Positions 1-12,978 of a stretch of 64,000 bases of DNA are shown in pieces. Source of the stretch: Octopus vulgaris (taxonomy: Eukaryota); assembly GCA_951406725.2 (NCBI GenBank), contig OX597814.1:13392001-13456000 (forward strand), read 5' to 3'. The translations under genes and the position numbers were made by a program. Position 1 is the first letter of the stretch. Each line of letters begins with the position of its first letter. The notes under the pieces are model-generated. The model saw nothing but the letters and a program-made list of their open reading frames with translations. It was not told the origin of the DNA and did not search any database.

Positions 1-312
1 GTGCGTGTGTGGGTGGGTTTTGTTGTATTTGCATGGTTGTGTGTGTATCTGTGTATGTGTGGGTATGCTTGTGTGAGTGTGTCCTGTAATTGTCAGGACG
101 GTGTGTGTAGGTGTTTGCATGTATGTGTTTACATATATGTGTATGTGTGTGTTGGTTGTGATTGTTAGAATAGTATTGCATATGTGTATACGTATGTGTT
201 TTTTCATGGAATGTGTGTTGGTTTGTGCTCGAGTGTGGGGATATTGGGTTTGTGCATGTGTATATATGTAATATGTGCGTTTGAATATCTGTTTGCCTGT
301 TTCTGTGTGTGT
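1..312. repeat. Degenerate (GT)n/(GTAT)n low-complexity tract
   Basis: GT-rich imperfect dinucleotide repeats; ORF 77..271 is its translation. Confidence 0.8.
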
Positions 313-519
313 TAGAAACAGGGAAACAGATATATATTAGTGTATGTTGAATTCTGGTCTGTATTTTTGAATAAGTATATTTTCCTTATTTATTCGTGTT
401 TGGTCAGTGGTGCTGTCTGGGATTGGTACAGTGAGAAAACAAGGAATTTAGGAGACTTGTTTTGTGCACAGAGATCTATGTAGCCACTAAGCAGTATTTG
501 CTTGTGGTGGGGTCCCTCA

Positions 520-1415
520 GCACAGGTTAGAGCCTCCTTTTCCGGTTTTAAATCACTTTTAGTCATCCACAGCCTTATTTTTCTGTCTGTCTTATCTTCA
601 ACATCGCTATTACATTAGCCATGCATTCTTTTCTTTACCCACCTATTTTCTGTTTCGTTCGTTTTCAATTGCTTGTACAGTGCTTTATCTTTGCAGTATT
701 TCATCCTACACAAGTCTAACCTTCTTACTTCTAATAATAGCGGTTCTGTAGCATATTTTACATACCATGCTAAGTTGATTTCTTCTGCTCTAATGTTGAG
801 TTTGCATTCAATATGTCCTCTTCCCCCTCTTTTTCTTGGTACATACAGTCTGCCTGTGTCACATTTTGGGTGGAGTGTCCCATATCTAGTAACTTCCTTG
901 TCTTTGAGTTTAAGCTGTTTAGTTCATCTACTGTCCATGCAATTAACCCTGCTCCATATCTAAGGAGTGAAACCGCCCAGGTGTTTATAACTTCATTTTT
1001 ACTCCGTCAGTTTAATTTCGACTTAATGATCAGTCTCAGTCTGCGCACGTACTCCACCTAAGATTTTTCTGTCATTTCTTTCTCCATCAATTTGTCCATT
1101 TCCAAAATAATTAAGTAGCCCGTCTCTTCTTTCTCCGTCATAACCTTTCCCGATGATATCGATAGCCCGTCCATAAATTTGATTCTGCTTCTCTTCAAGA
1201 CTAACACACCACACTTTCAGATGTTCCAGATCATCCATGAATAAAAAATGGTTTTGTTTACTTTCCGCAGAATCAGTGTTAGTGGTGTCAAGTACAGTAC
1301 AAACATCAGTGGGAACAGGTAGACCCCTTGGGAGATAGCCCTACTGATTTCTACTGTCCCTAAACTTCCTCCGTATGCTGTCAGGTCAGTTCTCTAATTC
1401 GCCATACATCTTCAA
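520..1415 (-). mobile_element. R4/Dong-clade non-LTR retrotransposon fragment (RT domains 4-7 and thumb), decayed
   Basis: Manual minus-strand translation: RAISQGVYLFPLMFVLYLTPLTLILRK (GIFQGDSLSP-like), NHFLFMDDL (catalytic FMDD near 1240), INTWAVSLLRYGAG, LHPKCDTGRLYVPRKRGGRG, WMTKSDLK. Contains stops and frameshifts. Confidence 0.85.
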
Positions 1416-1420
1416 AACAA

Positions 1421-1640
1421 TTCTTCTTCTTCTTCTTCTTCTTCTTCTTCTTCTTCTTCTTCTTCTTCTTCTTCTTCTTCTTCTTCTTCTTCTTCTTCTT
1501 CTTCTCATCCTCCTCATTCTCCTTCTTCTTCTTCTTCTTCTTCTTCTTCTTCTTCTTCTTTTTCTTCTTCTCCTCCTCCTCCTCCTCCTTCTCCTCCTCC
1601 TTCTCCTTCTCCTCCTCCACCTCCTCCTCCTTCTTCTTTC
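1421..1640. repeat. (CTT)n/(CCT)n microsatellite
   Basis: Seen directly; source of the poly-L and poly-K/E ORFs. Confidence 0.95.
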
Positions 1641-2060
1641 CTTTGCACAGCTTGTAACGCTGGAGATGCACTACGGTGTCAATTGTTCACTGCCAGTGAA
1701 CTAAGGCGACACCTCTTATTTTTCCTGCACGTTCTGGAGTATTCGAGCGGTTCCAAGCAGTACTATTTCCTGCAAGTGCTCCACTCTTATTGTAGCCTCT
1801 ATTTGCTCCAGGTACTTCTCGAGATTTTTGCTCACTGTTTCCAGGGCTCCGACAATTATTGGTATTACTACCTTTTTCATCGACCACAACTACTTAACTT
1901 CCTAAGCTAACCTGTCATATCTCTCAACTTTTCTTTCTTCCTTATCGCATAACTTGTTGTCAGCTGAGCATGCTATATCTATGATCCAGCATAGTATGCT
2001 TTCTTTCTCAATTAAGACTGTTTGACTTCCTATTCTCTATCTCATGGTAGTACTGAATCA
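1641..2060 (-). mobile_element. R4/Dong LINE 3' end (restriction-like endonuclease C-terminus and 3' UTR)
   Basis: Minus strand reads CWIIDIACSADNKLCDKEE..KVERYDRL...LWSMKKVVIPIIVGALG...LLGTARILQNVQEK*; the 3' end runs into (GAG/GAA)n. Confidence 0.85.
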
Positions 2061-2129
2061 GTGCGACCATGAGATAGAGAATTATTATTATCAACACGGT
2101 TATCATCATCATCATCATCATCATCATTA

Positions 2130-2445
2130 TTGCCTTTGCACATCTTCTACCGCTGGGGATGTACTACGATGTCAGATATTCACTACTAGTGAACTCAGGT
2201 AACACCTCTTATTTTTCGTCAACCATTCTGAGCCTTCAAGGAGTTCCAAGCACGGATGATTTCTGCAAATGGCCCACCCTTATTGCAGCTCCTATTTGTT
2301 GGATGTACTTCTCAAGATTTTTACTCTCTGTTCCCACGGCCCCGACAAACATCGGCACTACTATCACCTTTTTTCAACGCCCCCAATTGATTTATCTCCC
2401 AAGCTAACCTGTTTTATCTATCAACTTTTCTTTCTTATGATGATA
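2130..2445 (-). mobile_element. Second R4/Dong 3' end, paralog of 1641-1940
   Basis: Clear nucleotide similarity to 1641-1940 (cagtgaactaaggcgacacctcttattttt vs tagtgaactcaggtaacacctcttattttt); flanked by (TCA)n and (TTA)n. Confidence 0.8.
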
Positions 2446-2460
2446 ATGAGATAAGGAAGC

Positions 2461-2509
<49 letters not shown>

Positions 2510-2718
2510 TTTTTTTTTCCTTCTTTCAAATTTGCTTCCATTTCTTGCCGAGTGTCTTCCCGAATCCTAGGGCAAAGAAACTCATAGTATACATTGGTAG
2601 GCCATTAAACCAAACTCAATAGTTCGTTCATTTTTTTTCTTCTTTTTTTTAAAGTTAAATTAAAATACATGAGCAGCAACAATTCTCACATCGACAATGC
2701 TCTTCTCAATACATGTGA

Positions 2719-2775
<57 letters not shown>

Positions 2776-2939
2776 GAAACACTCTCGGATGGTTCTTAAT
2801 TACCGGTTATTCATTACTCGAAAGCAGGTAACAGCGAACAACAAAGGCCTGAATTAGTGCCTTATCCTGTGACTCAAGAGTCCACGTATTAGTTGATCGA
2901 ATCTTACATCTGCCATTTACCTTCGATTGGAGCACAGGT

Positions 2940-4905
2940 AGAGTTCTGCTCATATGCTAGTTCCTGTACTTTTCTTTCATCTTGTTTTCATTCACCTTAT
3001 CTCTTTCAATGATACCCAGAGAATTATATCTTTCCTCTCCGACTTCCTTTATAATTTCGCCACTTTCCAGCTTGATCACATAGCTTTTACTGATTTTCCC
3101 TTTTTTGAGAATCATTACACCACATTTCTCGATCCCAAATCCCATGCCAATATATTTGCTAATCATCCGCTGTCAAAATCTCAATTTTTTTCTCAGTTTC
3201 CACGAATAACTTTAGGCCATCCATAAACCACAGGTTGTTTACATTTACATGCCTAGCAAGTGCGCCACACGCATCATTCTTAAAACGCTCGTTAGTGAGA
3301 GTATGCAGACAACAAATATGAGATGGGACAGACTCTCCCCTTGAAAGATTCCTCTTTTGATATTTATCTCTCCCAGCTTATCTCCCCATGCTTTGAGTTC
3401 AGTTCGCCACTTTGCCATTGACATTTGCATTAACCTCAGGATATTGTGGGAGACCTTAAACTGTTTAAGGCATTCAATAATCCACGAGTGTGGGATCATG
3501 TCATATGCTTTCGTTTAGTCCACCCATGCTATCGTCAAATTCGTGTGTCTCTTCTTGTAGTCAGCCAGGATAGACTTATCGATTAGTAACTGATCCTTCG
3601 TTTCTCTGCAATTACGTCTACACCGCTTGTGTTCCACTGGTAGTAGATCGTTCTCATCTAGGTAATTATTAGATGTTGTTTAATATGAGGCACACCATCA
3701 GTTTCCATATCAGTGGCAAACAAGATACTAGTCGGAAATTTCCAACCGTATTCCCTTTATTTGTGCCCTTCTGGCATAGAACCATACTTCCTTTTGTCAT
3801 CTAGGCCGGTACTTTGATGTCACTACTCAGTAATTCGTCCAGCTGTCTCATAATTCTCCTGTGCAGAGCTGTCAAGATTTTAAGCCAAAAGCTCGGAACC
3901 CCATGTTGTCCAGGCGCTTTCCAATTAGGAATTCTCCTGCAGTGTTCTCTAATCCTCTCCTCGGTTATTCTCAAATCCTCCTATTGTTACTCTCCACTCT
4001 CCTCTTTGAGTGAATTGAACTACACTGCTTTAGTTTCTAGTTTCTCCATATGTTTGCTTAGAATCTTTTACGTTCTTCAGCATCCGGCACGGCTTTTTCT
4101 CTTTCTTCTTTTCCACACAGTTCCTGATACACTCGTATCTGATTTTGTTCGAAAAGTCTGTTTAATCTGTATTGCTCAATTCTCTGTTCGTATCTCTTTA
4201 GTTTATTGTGCTTTAGGTGTCAACCTCTGTTTTAATTCCACAATCACACCATTGACTCCCTTTCTCTTCACCAAATACTTCTCTCTAGCTCAACATATTC
4301 CTCTCGCTGAGCGTCATTTCTGTTTTCCTGGGCCAGAATATTAATATGGTTTCTGAACTGCATTATTCTCCTTTTCCTCCTTCAGGTTATGTTGACATTT
4401 ACCTTTGACTTTCAAGCCTAACTTCAGAGCTATGAAGATCGAGATTGCATTTATCAGATTGAATGTGTCTGTGATGTTGTCAGTCCTGATATCACTAGTC
4501 ATATCGTTTATCTCCCTGAACCATTCATAGATTTTCTTACACTCTACTTTCTTAGCCCCGTATCAAATCTCTGTTCAACAGAGGTCCAAATATCAATGAT
4601 TTCATTTAAAATGAATATCTGTTCCTCGATTCTCTTATCGCTTTATTGAAAAATAATCTCAGCCTCATGCGTGTTTTCTCCTTTCAACTCTACTGCCATA
4701 GTTTCACTATCTTTATTCGCTTCCTCATCCTTCCGTTCACCGCTGGTCTTACTATCCCTAAGCAGCCGTCACTTAATGCCTTCTATTTCAACTGGAGATT
4801 AAACATTCAATCTTTCTGATGGCTCTAGCTTGGTCACACAGATTTATTTACACTTAATTCAAATAGACGTCTGTCGTTCCTTGCTTTGTGCCTTGGTTTC
4901 CTATA
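2940..4905 (-). mobile_element. R4/Dong LINE, N-terminal region and RT domain (pseudogenised)
   Basis: ORF 3245..3499 MIPHSWIIECL...IKRGIFQGESLSHLIF; ORF 2957..3166 IGMGFGIEKC. Upstream, by manual translation: WKAPG..GVPSFWLK, GNFR..CLPLIWKL and N-terminal ICDQARAIRK. Confidence 0.9.
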
Positions 4906-5110
4906 TGATGCCCCCCACCACTACATTTGCCACTAAGGGACATGCTCAACTGGTTAAGGTCAAGCAACTGACAAGCAAATCTGTGGTATTGAGCAGAATA
5001 TTTGCTGTAGCCCATCTTTTATACCAAGACAAAACAATACACATGATAACACTTCCAATCAGTTAAGATTAGAAGCCATGAGAGCCACTGTCTGGTACTG
5101 CATCAAGGCA
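4905..5110. mobile_element. Non-coding interspersed repeat, same family as 31937-32283 and 5303-5330
   Basis: Starts with tatgatgccccccaccactac, matching the end of the 31937 copy (tatgatgctccatcactact). Confidence 0.55.
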
Positions 5111-5168
5111 TATTATTATCATCATTATCATCATCATCATCATCATTATTATTATTACTATTATTATT

Positions 5169-5204
<36 letters not shown>

Positions 5205-5302
5205 ATTATTATTATTATTGATGTTGTTGTTGTGGTTGTTGTTATTATTATTATTGTTAATTTTGTTATTATTGTTGATAATGTTGTTGTTGTTGTTATC
5301 AT
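5111..5302. repeat. Compound (TAT)n/(CAT)n/(TTG)n microsatellite
   Basis: Seen directly. Confidence 0.95.
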
Positions 5303-5334
5303 TGAGTGAGAAAGTAGTGCATGCCATCAGGTTA

Positions 5335-6160
5335 TTTTTTTGAAAGTTTTTCCTTTTTATTTAGAGAAACATCGACATCTGTGTGGTATTGTTAGATTGG
5401 TTAGAAAGCATGTTCTTTCTTGATCTCTGAAAACTATGTCCAGCGTATTGGCCTTAAATTCTCTATCTGTGTATGTTTGCAATCCAATCAGGGTACTGTT
5501 GCTTTCACATTTTCTATGACATTTTCTGGCCTGTGCCTATACTAGCTTTTCTCTTTTGTTATTCCATAGTGTTGGCAGAACTTCCAGTGTATATAGGACC
5601 CAAGTCCATCGTGTCTGTGAACATATTCCTTCTTAGCCAGGACTGGGCAGCCAGTGACAATATGATTTATTGTTTCTTCTCCATCTTCACATATTCTGAA
5701 GTTAGATTTCGGGTCATGCATCCTAAATCCTGTCATTATTTTTGTTTTTTCCCCGTCCCGTCTATATAGGTCATTTAGAGTCCAGTTAAGGTTATTGTAG
5801 CTGTAACTTATAACTGGGACAGCTAGAGTATTGATACCCAGTATCTCGTTTTTCGCACTGAACTATGTTTTCAGTATCAATCTAACTTGTCTATAGTTTT
5901 CTTTTCTTATTGTTTCTTTCATTTATGTGTGTTGTATCATATCTAGTTCATTCATTCGTAAGTATTCGTATGTATGGCTTTGATCTAATTATCTTATATC
6001 ATTTGCTTTATTTAGTGTGATATTGCTATTCTTAAGTAGTTTTTTTCTATTTTCAAGGTTGGTTTGGCACATTTTCCTAAGCCAAATTTCATGTATATTA
6101 CTTTGGTAAATAATTGTACTCTCTGCAGTAATATTTCCAGCTGTTTATCATAGATCATTC
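5335..6160 (-). mobile_element. R4/Dong LINE fragment (CCHC zinc knuckle and start of endonuclease)
   Basis: ORF 5542..5736 RIC..GEETINHIVTGCPVLAKKEYVHRHD..GSYIHWKFCQHYGI is the typical R4/Dong knuckle plus RHD motif. Outer boundaries are approximate. Confidence 0.8.
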
Positions 6161-6236
6161 ATATATAAAATGTGGGAGATTGTTTTACCGTAGAGTTATC
6201 ATCATTATCATCGTTCTACCCCCTCCTCCTCCCCTC

Positions 6237-6441
<205 letters not shown>

Positions 6442-9400
6442 GTGAATTTAAATTCTTTGTTTGGGAGCAAATCTGTGGCAATAAATCATAATTTATAAAA
6501 GTCCACATTTGAAAAAAATAAGAATACTATTCCACATAGGTGGAATGTTAAGCTAGAACCATAAGAAAATTCTTGAGCATTGACATATTTAATAAAAAAA
6601 ATGTAGCAATAAAGTCCACATTGGGCAATGTAATATAAAGTTCACGAAATATATGACACCAAATTAGAGAATAATTTTGGTAAAGCTTATACTCTCTACA
6701 GATGATATTCGACCAACTGTTAAAGTAGACCCTGATGAAGTTACGCCGAAAATTAACACAAAGATGCACATTAAATAGAGTACGACTTTTTGCAGTGGAA
6801 ACGTGCGAAGGTTTTGACGAAGTAAGATGTGATTAACTGTAAAAGAAATTTTGGGTGTGCAAATCTCTCTTCTCCTGATCTTGCTGTCATGATTGTTACC
6901 TACGGACAGCACTGGATTTACCAAGAGATGATTAATCTAGTATAGTACATTTTAACTAACTGGAGTATATCTATATTCACTGTGATTATCCAGTATTGAT
7001 AACCGATAAGAGCGAACGCGGTATCCGGTAGTATTATGTATCAACTCTTAAACATTTTGAAATTTACCTACACACACACACAGACACACACACAATATAT
7101 ATATATTTAATTATACATCAAAAACAAGAGAAAGCAAATGATGAAAACTTTATAAATATATAGGCATAATAATAGGTCCAACTTATAGAGAACAGAAATG
7201 ACAGAGAAATGTAAAGGAGTGTAAGAATGGTGTAATAATGTTTGTAGATTTAGCTCGTCGCAATATGCGGCCGTATAGATGCAATTAACATTGGATGTGA
7301 CGAGTGTCCTTCATCAGGGTAGAGAAGATATTACATGTAGAGAAGCTCAAAAGATGAACGTGTACGCATGTGTTTGTAAATGTTATTCAATTTTAAAGCC
7401 AGAACTGTGCAAGTTTTAAGAAACAATACAAGATGCTGATCTGTGGTCTAATCGTGTGTTTCAGCATTTTGTTGTCAGGACCCCTTCTCCATGAAATATT
7501 CGGGGGATTTGATATTTTCGACAGAATTCTTAATAAATGTTATTTTAACCTTAATTTTATTCAAAACATTTGTTCTTTCTAACGTTATTTCTTGAATGAA
7601 GATTTGTTTAGTTTTCGAAGCTAAGGACAGGATTTGGACATATTCTCGTCTTCATAAGGAAAACTATGTCGATTTGACACAATAAACTGAACTCTTCTAA
7701 GATATTTCCCACTTTCACCTACTTTGTGGAAGAAAGCATCAGGTATTCTTACAGAACTGTCTTAATGTATTAAAACGAGAAAAGTAGAAATTCTCATTGT
7801 CATTGCTTGAAGCACGATGTCAAAATTCGAATATTTACAAAAGGAAATTTAATTCTTTAATGTTGCAGTCGTAGTATCAGAAAGTTTCAAATGCGTATTA
7901 TTTTCTGCTAACCTTAACTTACTTTATCATTAGATTATCTTTGTTTAGAATAGAACAAATTAATCTTTTGTTTGGCAGGCATTTCATAGAAGAGAATTTA
8001 TGGAATTCATGTTGTTAACTAGTTAACAGGAATATGTCATTGGTCATAAAATGTCGACTAGATATACAATGCCACTAGCAACGTACCATGCCCGAAGCAA
8101 ATTGCACGTACGCACAGCCTTGCATTATATATCTGATTAATGGGAATCTGCGTTAGTTAGTTTTATTCAGTTCAAGCATGAAAGAATGTTTCCAATATGT
8201 AATTTGCAAATAGGCCATTCCTCTATAAATCTTTGTATTGATACCTGCTATGGTCTCATCTTATCAATGAGCAGTTCACGTTAGCAAATTATATCTCACT
8301 GTGTTAAATATGCATGTAATTATATATTTCATTATTAGCTGGGCATAATACTGTGTATGTATATATGTAAGTATTTGTGTATTATGTATGTATGTACATA
8401 TATGGCTATGTATATGTATGGATGTCTTCATAATATGACTGGTAGTGGAAACATGCAGTAAAACTAAAAGTTGCGCTAAGCTTATTGACTGTAATGGTTT
8501 CATATTCTTGAAAATTTGGACGAATATGTGTATAAGAATGCAAAATGCGTGAACTAGTATCACTCGTGGATTCACATGACTTAACACAGCTTAAGGAATT
8601 ATCTTTCATTATCGCAGACAAGCATAATTCCCTTGATGTTAGTGTGACATAATTCCAAAAGTTTACAGCTCCAATATTTTCATGGCATTATAACTTGAAA
8701 AACGCTTGTACTTGATGAACACATCTCAAAATAGTTAAAGCATGTTATATTGAACATATAAATTCAAAATAATCATAGGCATGGGGTCGAAGGCCCACAT
8801 GTACTAAATGTGATTTTATAAAGATAATGCATGCACATACAATTATTCAGTTATGTTTCCTGCATCTTGAATCTTGAAATAAAAGAAAACATCTGACATT
8901 GGTTTGATATTATCACAACCACGTGAGCTGAGTTGAGTATTGGAATCTAAACACACAAATCATGATTTTTGAATATATTTTAATCATTGTATATTATTTC
9001 TGAACATCTAATGAGATAGACATGTTCTTACAACCCGGAATATATTTATGTGGTGTTGTGCCAAACTGATATCTTGAATTTTGCCTAGTACACAACAGAA
9101 CAGATTTGCTCAGAAAGGATGCTAAGCCTTGCATGATGGGTGTGTATTATACTTGCATTATTTATTTAAAGCATGAATAACTTATTAGATGCATCAAATA
9201 CTCGAGAGAAGTCCCTTAAACACATATTAGATGCCTATAGAAACATTTTACAATTGAAAAGATTCATTATAAAACATTGGTTGGCGTTACGTGCAAGCTC
9301 ACACCACATAGTTATATTTCTTCATGGACACACAGAATCATTTCTATATGTCTTAAGTCTTGATCTACGCGCTCTCTACATGTCATTATATAAATTGTTC

Positions 9401-10486
9401 TACATCATGATATATTTTTAAAAAGATACAATCGCTTCACCTTCCTCTTTTTACTTATGTATTATATTTAATATGCCATGTATACCGTTCATTTTAACTC
9501 TCGAGTTATTAATGGTTTCCTTTGATATTCCTGAACGTAACACATTTCTTGACCGTTGTCTGACTTTTAATGATTAAACTGCGCTTTCCGTTTAAGATAA
9601 GTCATGGTTGATTATGCAAGTGCTTAAGGTTCTATTGTATTATTAACATCAGAGTAAAAAGAACGTCGTGTATGGCAAAGTACTGGACAAAATGGTTTAC
9701 TGAATATAATATATCCTTCAAATATGAAATGAAGACTAACCACCATTAACTTTTCTGCTATTGGCGCTGATAAAAAATATATATAAAACAAGTATTGTAT
9801 CTGATTTCGTGCGATTGATTGAACACTTTATCTTCTTGCGAGAAATCATTACTCTAAAACGTCATTATTACGCGGAATCTAAATTTATGACATATGTAGC
9901 CAATTGTTTGTTTGAGCGAAAACTATATGTCTAGCGCTCCAGATATAATCAATAAAAATGGAAGAATGCGTAGGTTTCCGTTTAAATTTTGTGATATGTA
10001 ACTTCCACTATTAACTACAATAAAAACTATTTCAAATTATGAAAAATTTTATCACTGTAAAATACTACTGATGTGAATTCATAGAATTGTCATTAGGTTA
10101 TAAAAAATACGGTATTTTTGGAAGATCAAAACCGGTGAATTCAACTTTTGCCAATTAAGATGCTATCGCTTTCAGGTTTTTCGCATTCCTATTCTTTTAT
10201 TCATTTATAAATCTTTTATCTTAAAATTTGTTTTTCTTTCTTTTAGAAACAAATAATACTTAATATATTTTCGACTTTTATCCATCCATTGATTTCTGTC
10301 TTTCTTTTCTTATTGCAGGTATTATTTCCAATTTCTTACATTCAGTAGTACGTTTTATATTTTTTCTCCATGCTGCGCATTCCGGTTACTAATTTTCAGA
10401 GATTTCTTCTATTCCAATATCAGTATGCACACTCTCACACATATACAGGTTCGCTACATACACGCATATATACGTATATCAAAATA

Positions 10487-10538
<52 letters not shown>

Positions 10539-10617
10539 GGTGTGCCAGAGAGTATATATGTGTCCACGTGAGTGTGTATGTGTGTTTGGTTTGTGTCTCT
10601 GTATGCATGCGTGTATG

Positions 10618-10689
<72 letters not shown>

Positions 10690-10994
10690 GACAATACAAT
10701 ACTTACTTTTAATCTGAAATATATGTAAACAAGTATGTTTACATAGAAGTATGTTGAAAATTATATATAAGTATTTACACAAGTATGTATGTAATTGTAC
10801 ATATATATAATTTTTTTCCACAATGAGATAAACATCCAAGGCTGTGAAAGATTTTAGATCATTTAAAAATAGGTCTTACTGCTGTTTCCGGGATTTTTAT
10901 ATATTCCTTAATCGGGGAAGGTTGAGAAAATGGTAAAAAAAATAGTTAAGTTAGATAAGATATGAAATAGAGAGTGAGGTGGAGGAATGAATGG

Positions 10995-11108
10995 AGCCTC
11001 GTGTAGCTTTAAGTGTTTTCGCTCAATGAAAACTCACAACGCCCGGTCTAGGAACTGAAACCGCGGTCCTTCGACCGCGAGTCCACTACCCTAACCATTG
11101 CACCTCCA
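10995..11108 (-). mobile_element. tRNA-derived SINE head (family A; also 37465-37769, 62544-62834, 52678-52746)
   Basis: Minus strand gtggaggtgcaatggttaggg..ggactcgcggtcgaaggaccgcggtttcagttcc with Pol III A/B-box-like motifs; aligns to 62725-62834. Confidence 0.75.
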
Positions 11109-11142
11109 CACACACACATGTATACATGTATGTATATATGTA

Positions 11143-11937
11143 GAGGCACAATCAGTGCGTGACCTAGGTATTTACATGAGTGATGACGCGACCTTTCGTG
11201 TACTTGTTGCTAAATTGGCAATGAAATGTAGACGACTGGCCGGATGGATCCTCAGAACCTTTAGAACAAGAGAACAAGAAACCATGATGGTCCTCTGGAG
11301 GACACTTGTCCTAAGCCACTTTGACTACTGCTCTCAGTTATGGTCACCATCCAGTGTCAAGTTGATCACAGAGCTCGAGGCGATCCAACGTTGCTACACG
11401 AAGAAGATAGCCTCTATGCAGAATGTAAGCTACTGGGAAAGACTCAAGAAATTAAAATTATATTCCCTGGAGCGTAGGCGGGAAAGATATGCCATAATAT
11501 ACATCTGGAAGATCCTGGAGGGAAGTGTCCTGAACTTTGGCATCGAGAGTTACGCAAATGCCAGAACTGGGCGCCACTGCGTGGTGCCTAGGACTCCAAA
11601 CTTGCCATCAAGATGTAGGACAAGATTCTGTGATAGCCTGGGCTTCCGAGGCCCACAGCTCTTCAATATCCTCCCGAAGAACCTGAGAGACCTGCATGGG
11701 GTGGATACAGATGTCTTTAAAATGAAGCTGGATCTCTTCCTGTCAGGTGTCCCAGATGAACCAACTTCACGGCAGGAGGGGCAGATGAGGGCAGCTGCAT
11801 CGAACTCTCTCATGCACCAAATAGCAGTTGCTAGAAAGCCTTCATGAAGTGAAACCAAGTAGCAACACCAAATGGCGGTGCCCCAGCATGGCCACAGCTC
11901 ATAAGCTGAAACTGGAAAAATCAAAATCAAAATCAAA
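11143..11937 (+). mobile_element. CR1-group LINE, 5'-truncated: RT C-terminus, 3' UTR and (AAAATC)n tail
   Basis: About 235 uninterrupted codons of ORF 11098..11847: RDLGI, WILRTF, DYCSQLWSP, LEAIQR, YWERLKKLKLYSLERRRER. Ends in a short tandem-repeat tail. Confidence 0.9.
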
Positions 11938-11946
11938 TATATATAT

Positions 11947-11985
<39 letters not shown>

Positions 11986-12043
11986 CAAATATATACATAC
12001 ATACATGCATATATATATACAAATATATATATACATACATACA

Positions 12044-12127
<84 letters not shown>

Positions 12128-12128
12128 G

Positions 12129-12640
12129 AGGGCAATATGGAAGTTGAAAATGCACTCAGAATAGTTAAAATATTTTTTATTAATGTATTCAAACCTGTAA
12201 ACGCTTTCACAGTTCACATTGATTTTCAAAACGATTAAATAAAAAGACGTGGCTTATGTCGCAGCCGCCTTGCTTCTGACTAGTGTTTGAAGCTTGGCAT
12301 ATTTTCATAGAGTTCATGGCTCAAACTAGAACACGTTTTGAATAGGATTTGTTTGGTAAACATAGTCACTTACAAACATTTCTGAAACCCCTCATGTGAT
12401 TATCCTCTACCAATCAAATCATATTCAAAACAGAAACTAATTCGACCCTTGTACTCCCTATATAAATAAAGCAAGTTTCAAAGGCTAGTCAGAAGCAAGA
12501 CAGTTGCAACAGAAGTCACCTCTTTCAATTTGAAAACATTTTGAAAATCAATGTAAACTGTGAAACCAGTTAAAGCTTTAAATATGTTACTAAACAATAT
12601 TTAAATTATTGTCAGTGCATTTTCAACTTCTATTTTTCCT
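12129..12640. mobile_element. MITE / fold-back element with about 170-bp imperfect terminal inverted repeats
   Basis: gaagttgaaaatgcact (12140) pairs with agtgcattttcaacttc (ends 12630); acattgattttcaaaa pairs with ttttgaaaatcaatgt; cttgcttctgactag pairs with ctagtcagaagcaag. Confidence 0.8.
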
Positions 12641-12907
12641 ATATTTCTACCCGTGTGGAATAACAATTTAGTTTTCTATACGCGGGCGCGCATATACACA
12701 TATACATGTGTGTGTGTGTGTTTGTGTGTATGTGTATATGTGTGAATGTGTTTATGTATATATATGTATATGTTTCACGAGCATTTGTTGAAGTTGTGGT
12801 TCCTTTATCGGTTACATAGGCGTCCATTATGTGTTCGACCAGACTAAGAATCAAATGCGATCAACACAGAACATTATTTCAAATTATAAGCACATACTTT
12901 TGTTTCT

Positions 12908-12978
<71 letters not shown>

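Noticed and set aside
1290-1415. Possible HDV-like ribozyme at a Dong 5' end
   Set aside because: The segment translates as RT coding sequence homologous to 3330-3430, so it is a truncation point and not a 5' UTR.
1375-1704. Poly-Leu and poly-Lys/Glu ORFs, and all [14 protein letters not shown] and poly-N/I/Y ORFs in the track
   Set aside because: These are translations of microsatellites that lack stop codons in some frames; there is no coding evidence.
7280-7320. CTGATGAAGGAC on the minus strand (similar cores near 13790, 14060, 29095, 40680 and 54525)
   Set aside because: Core heptamer only; GAAA or paired stems are missing, as expected by chance or after decay beyond recognition.
11550-12155. 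201-aa minus-strand ORF, and ORF 3814..4344 on the plus strand
   Set aside because: Antisense shadows of LINE coding sequence plus microsatellite.
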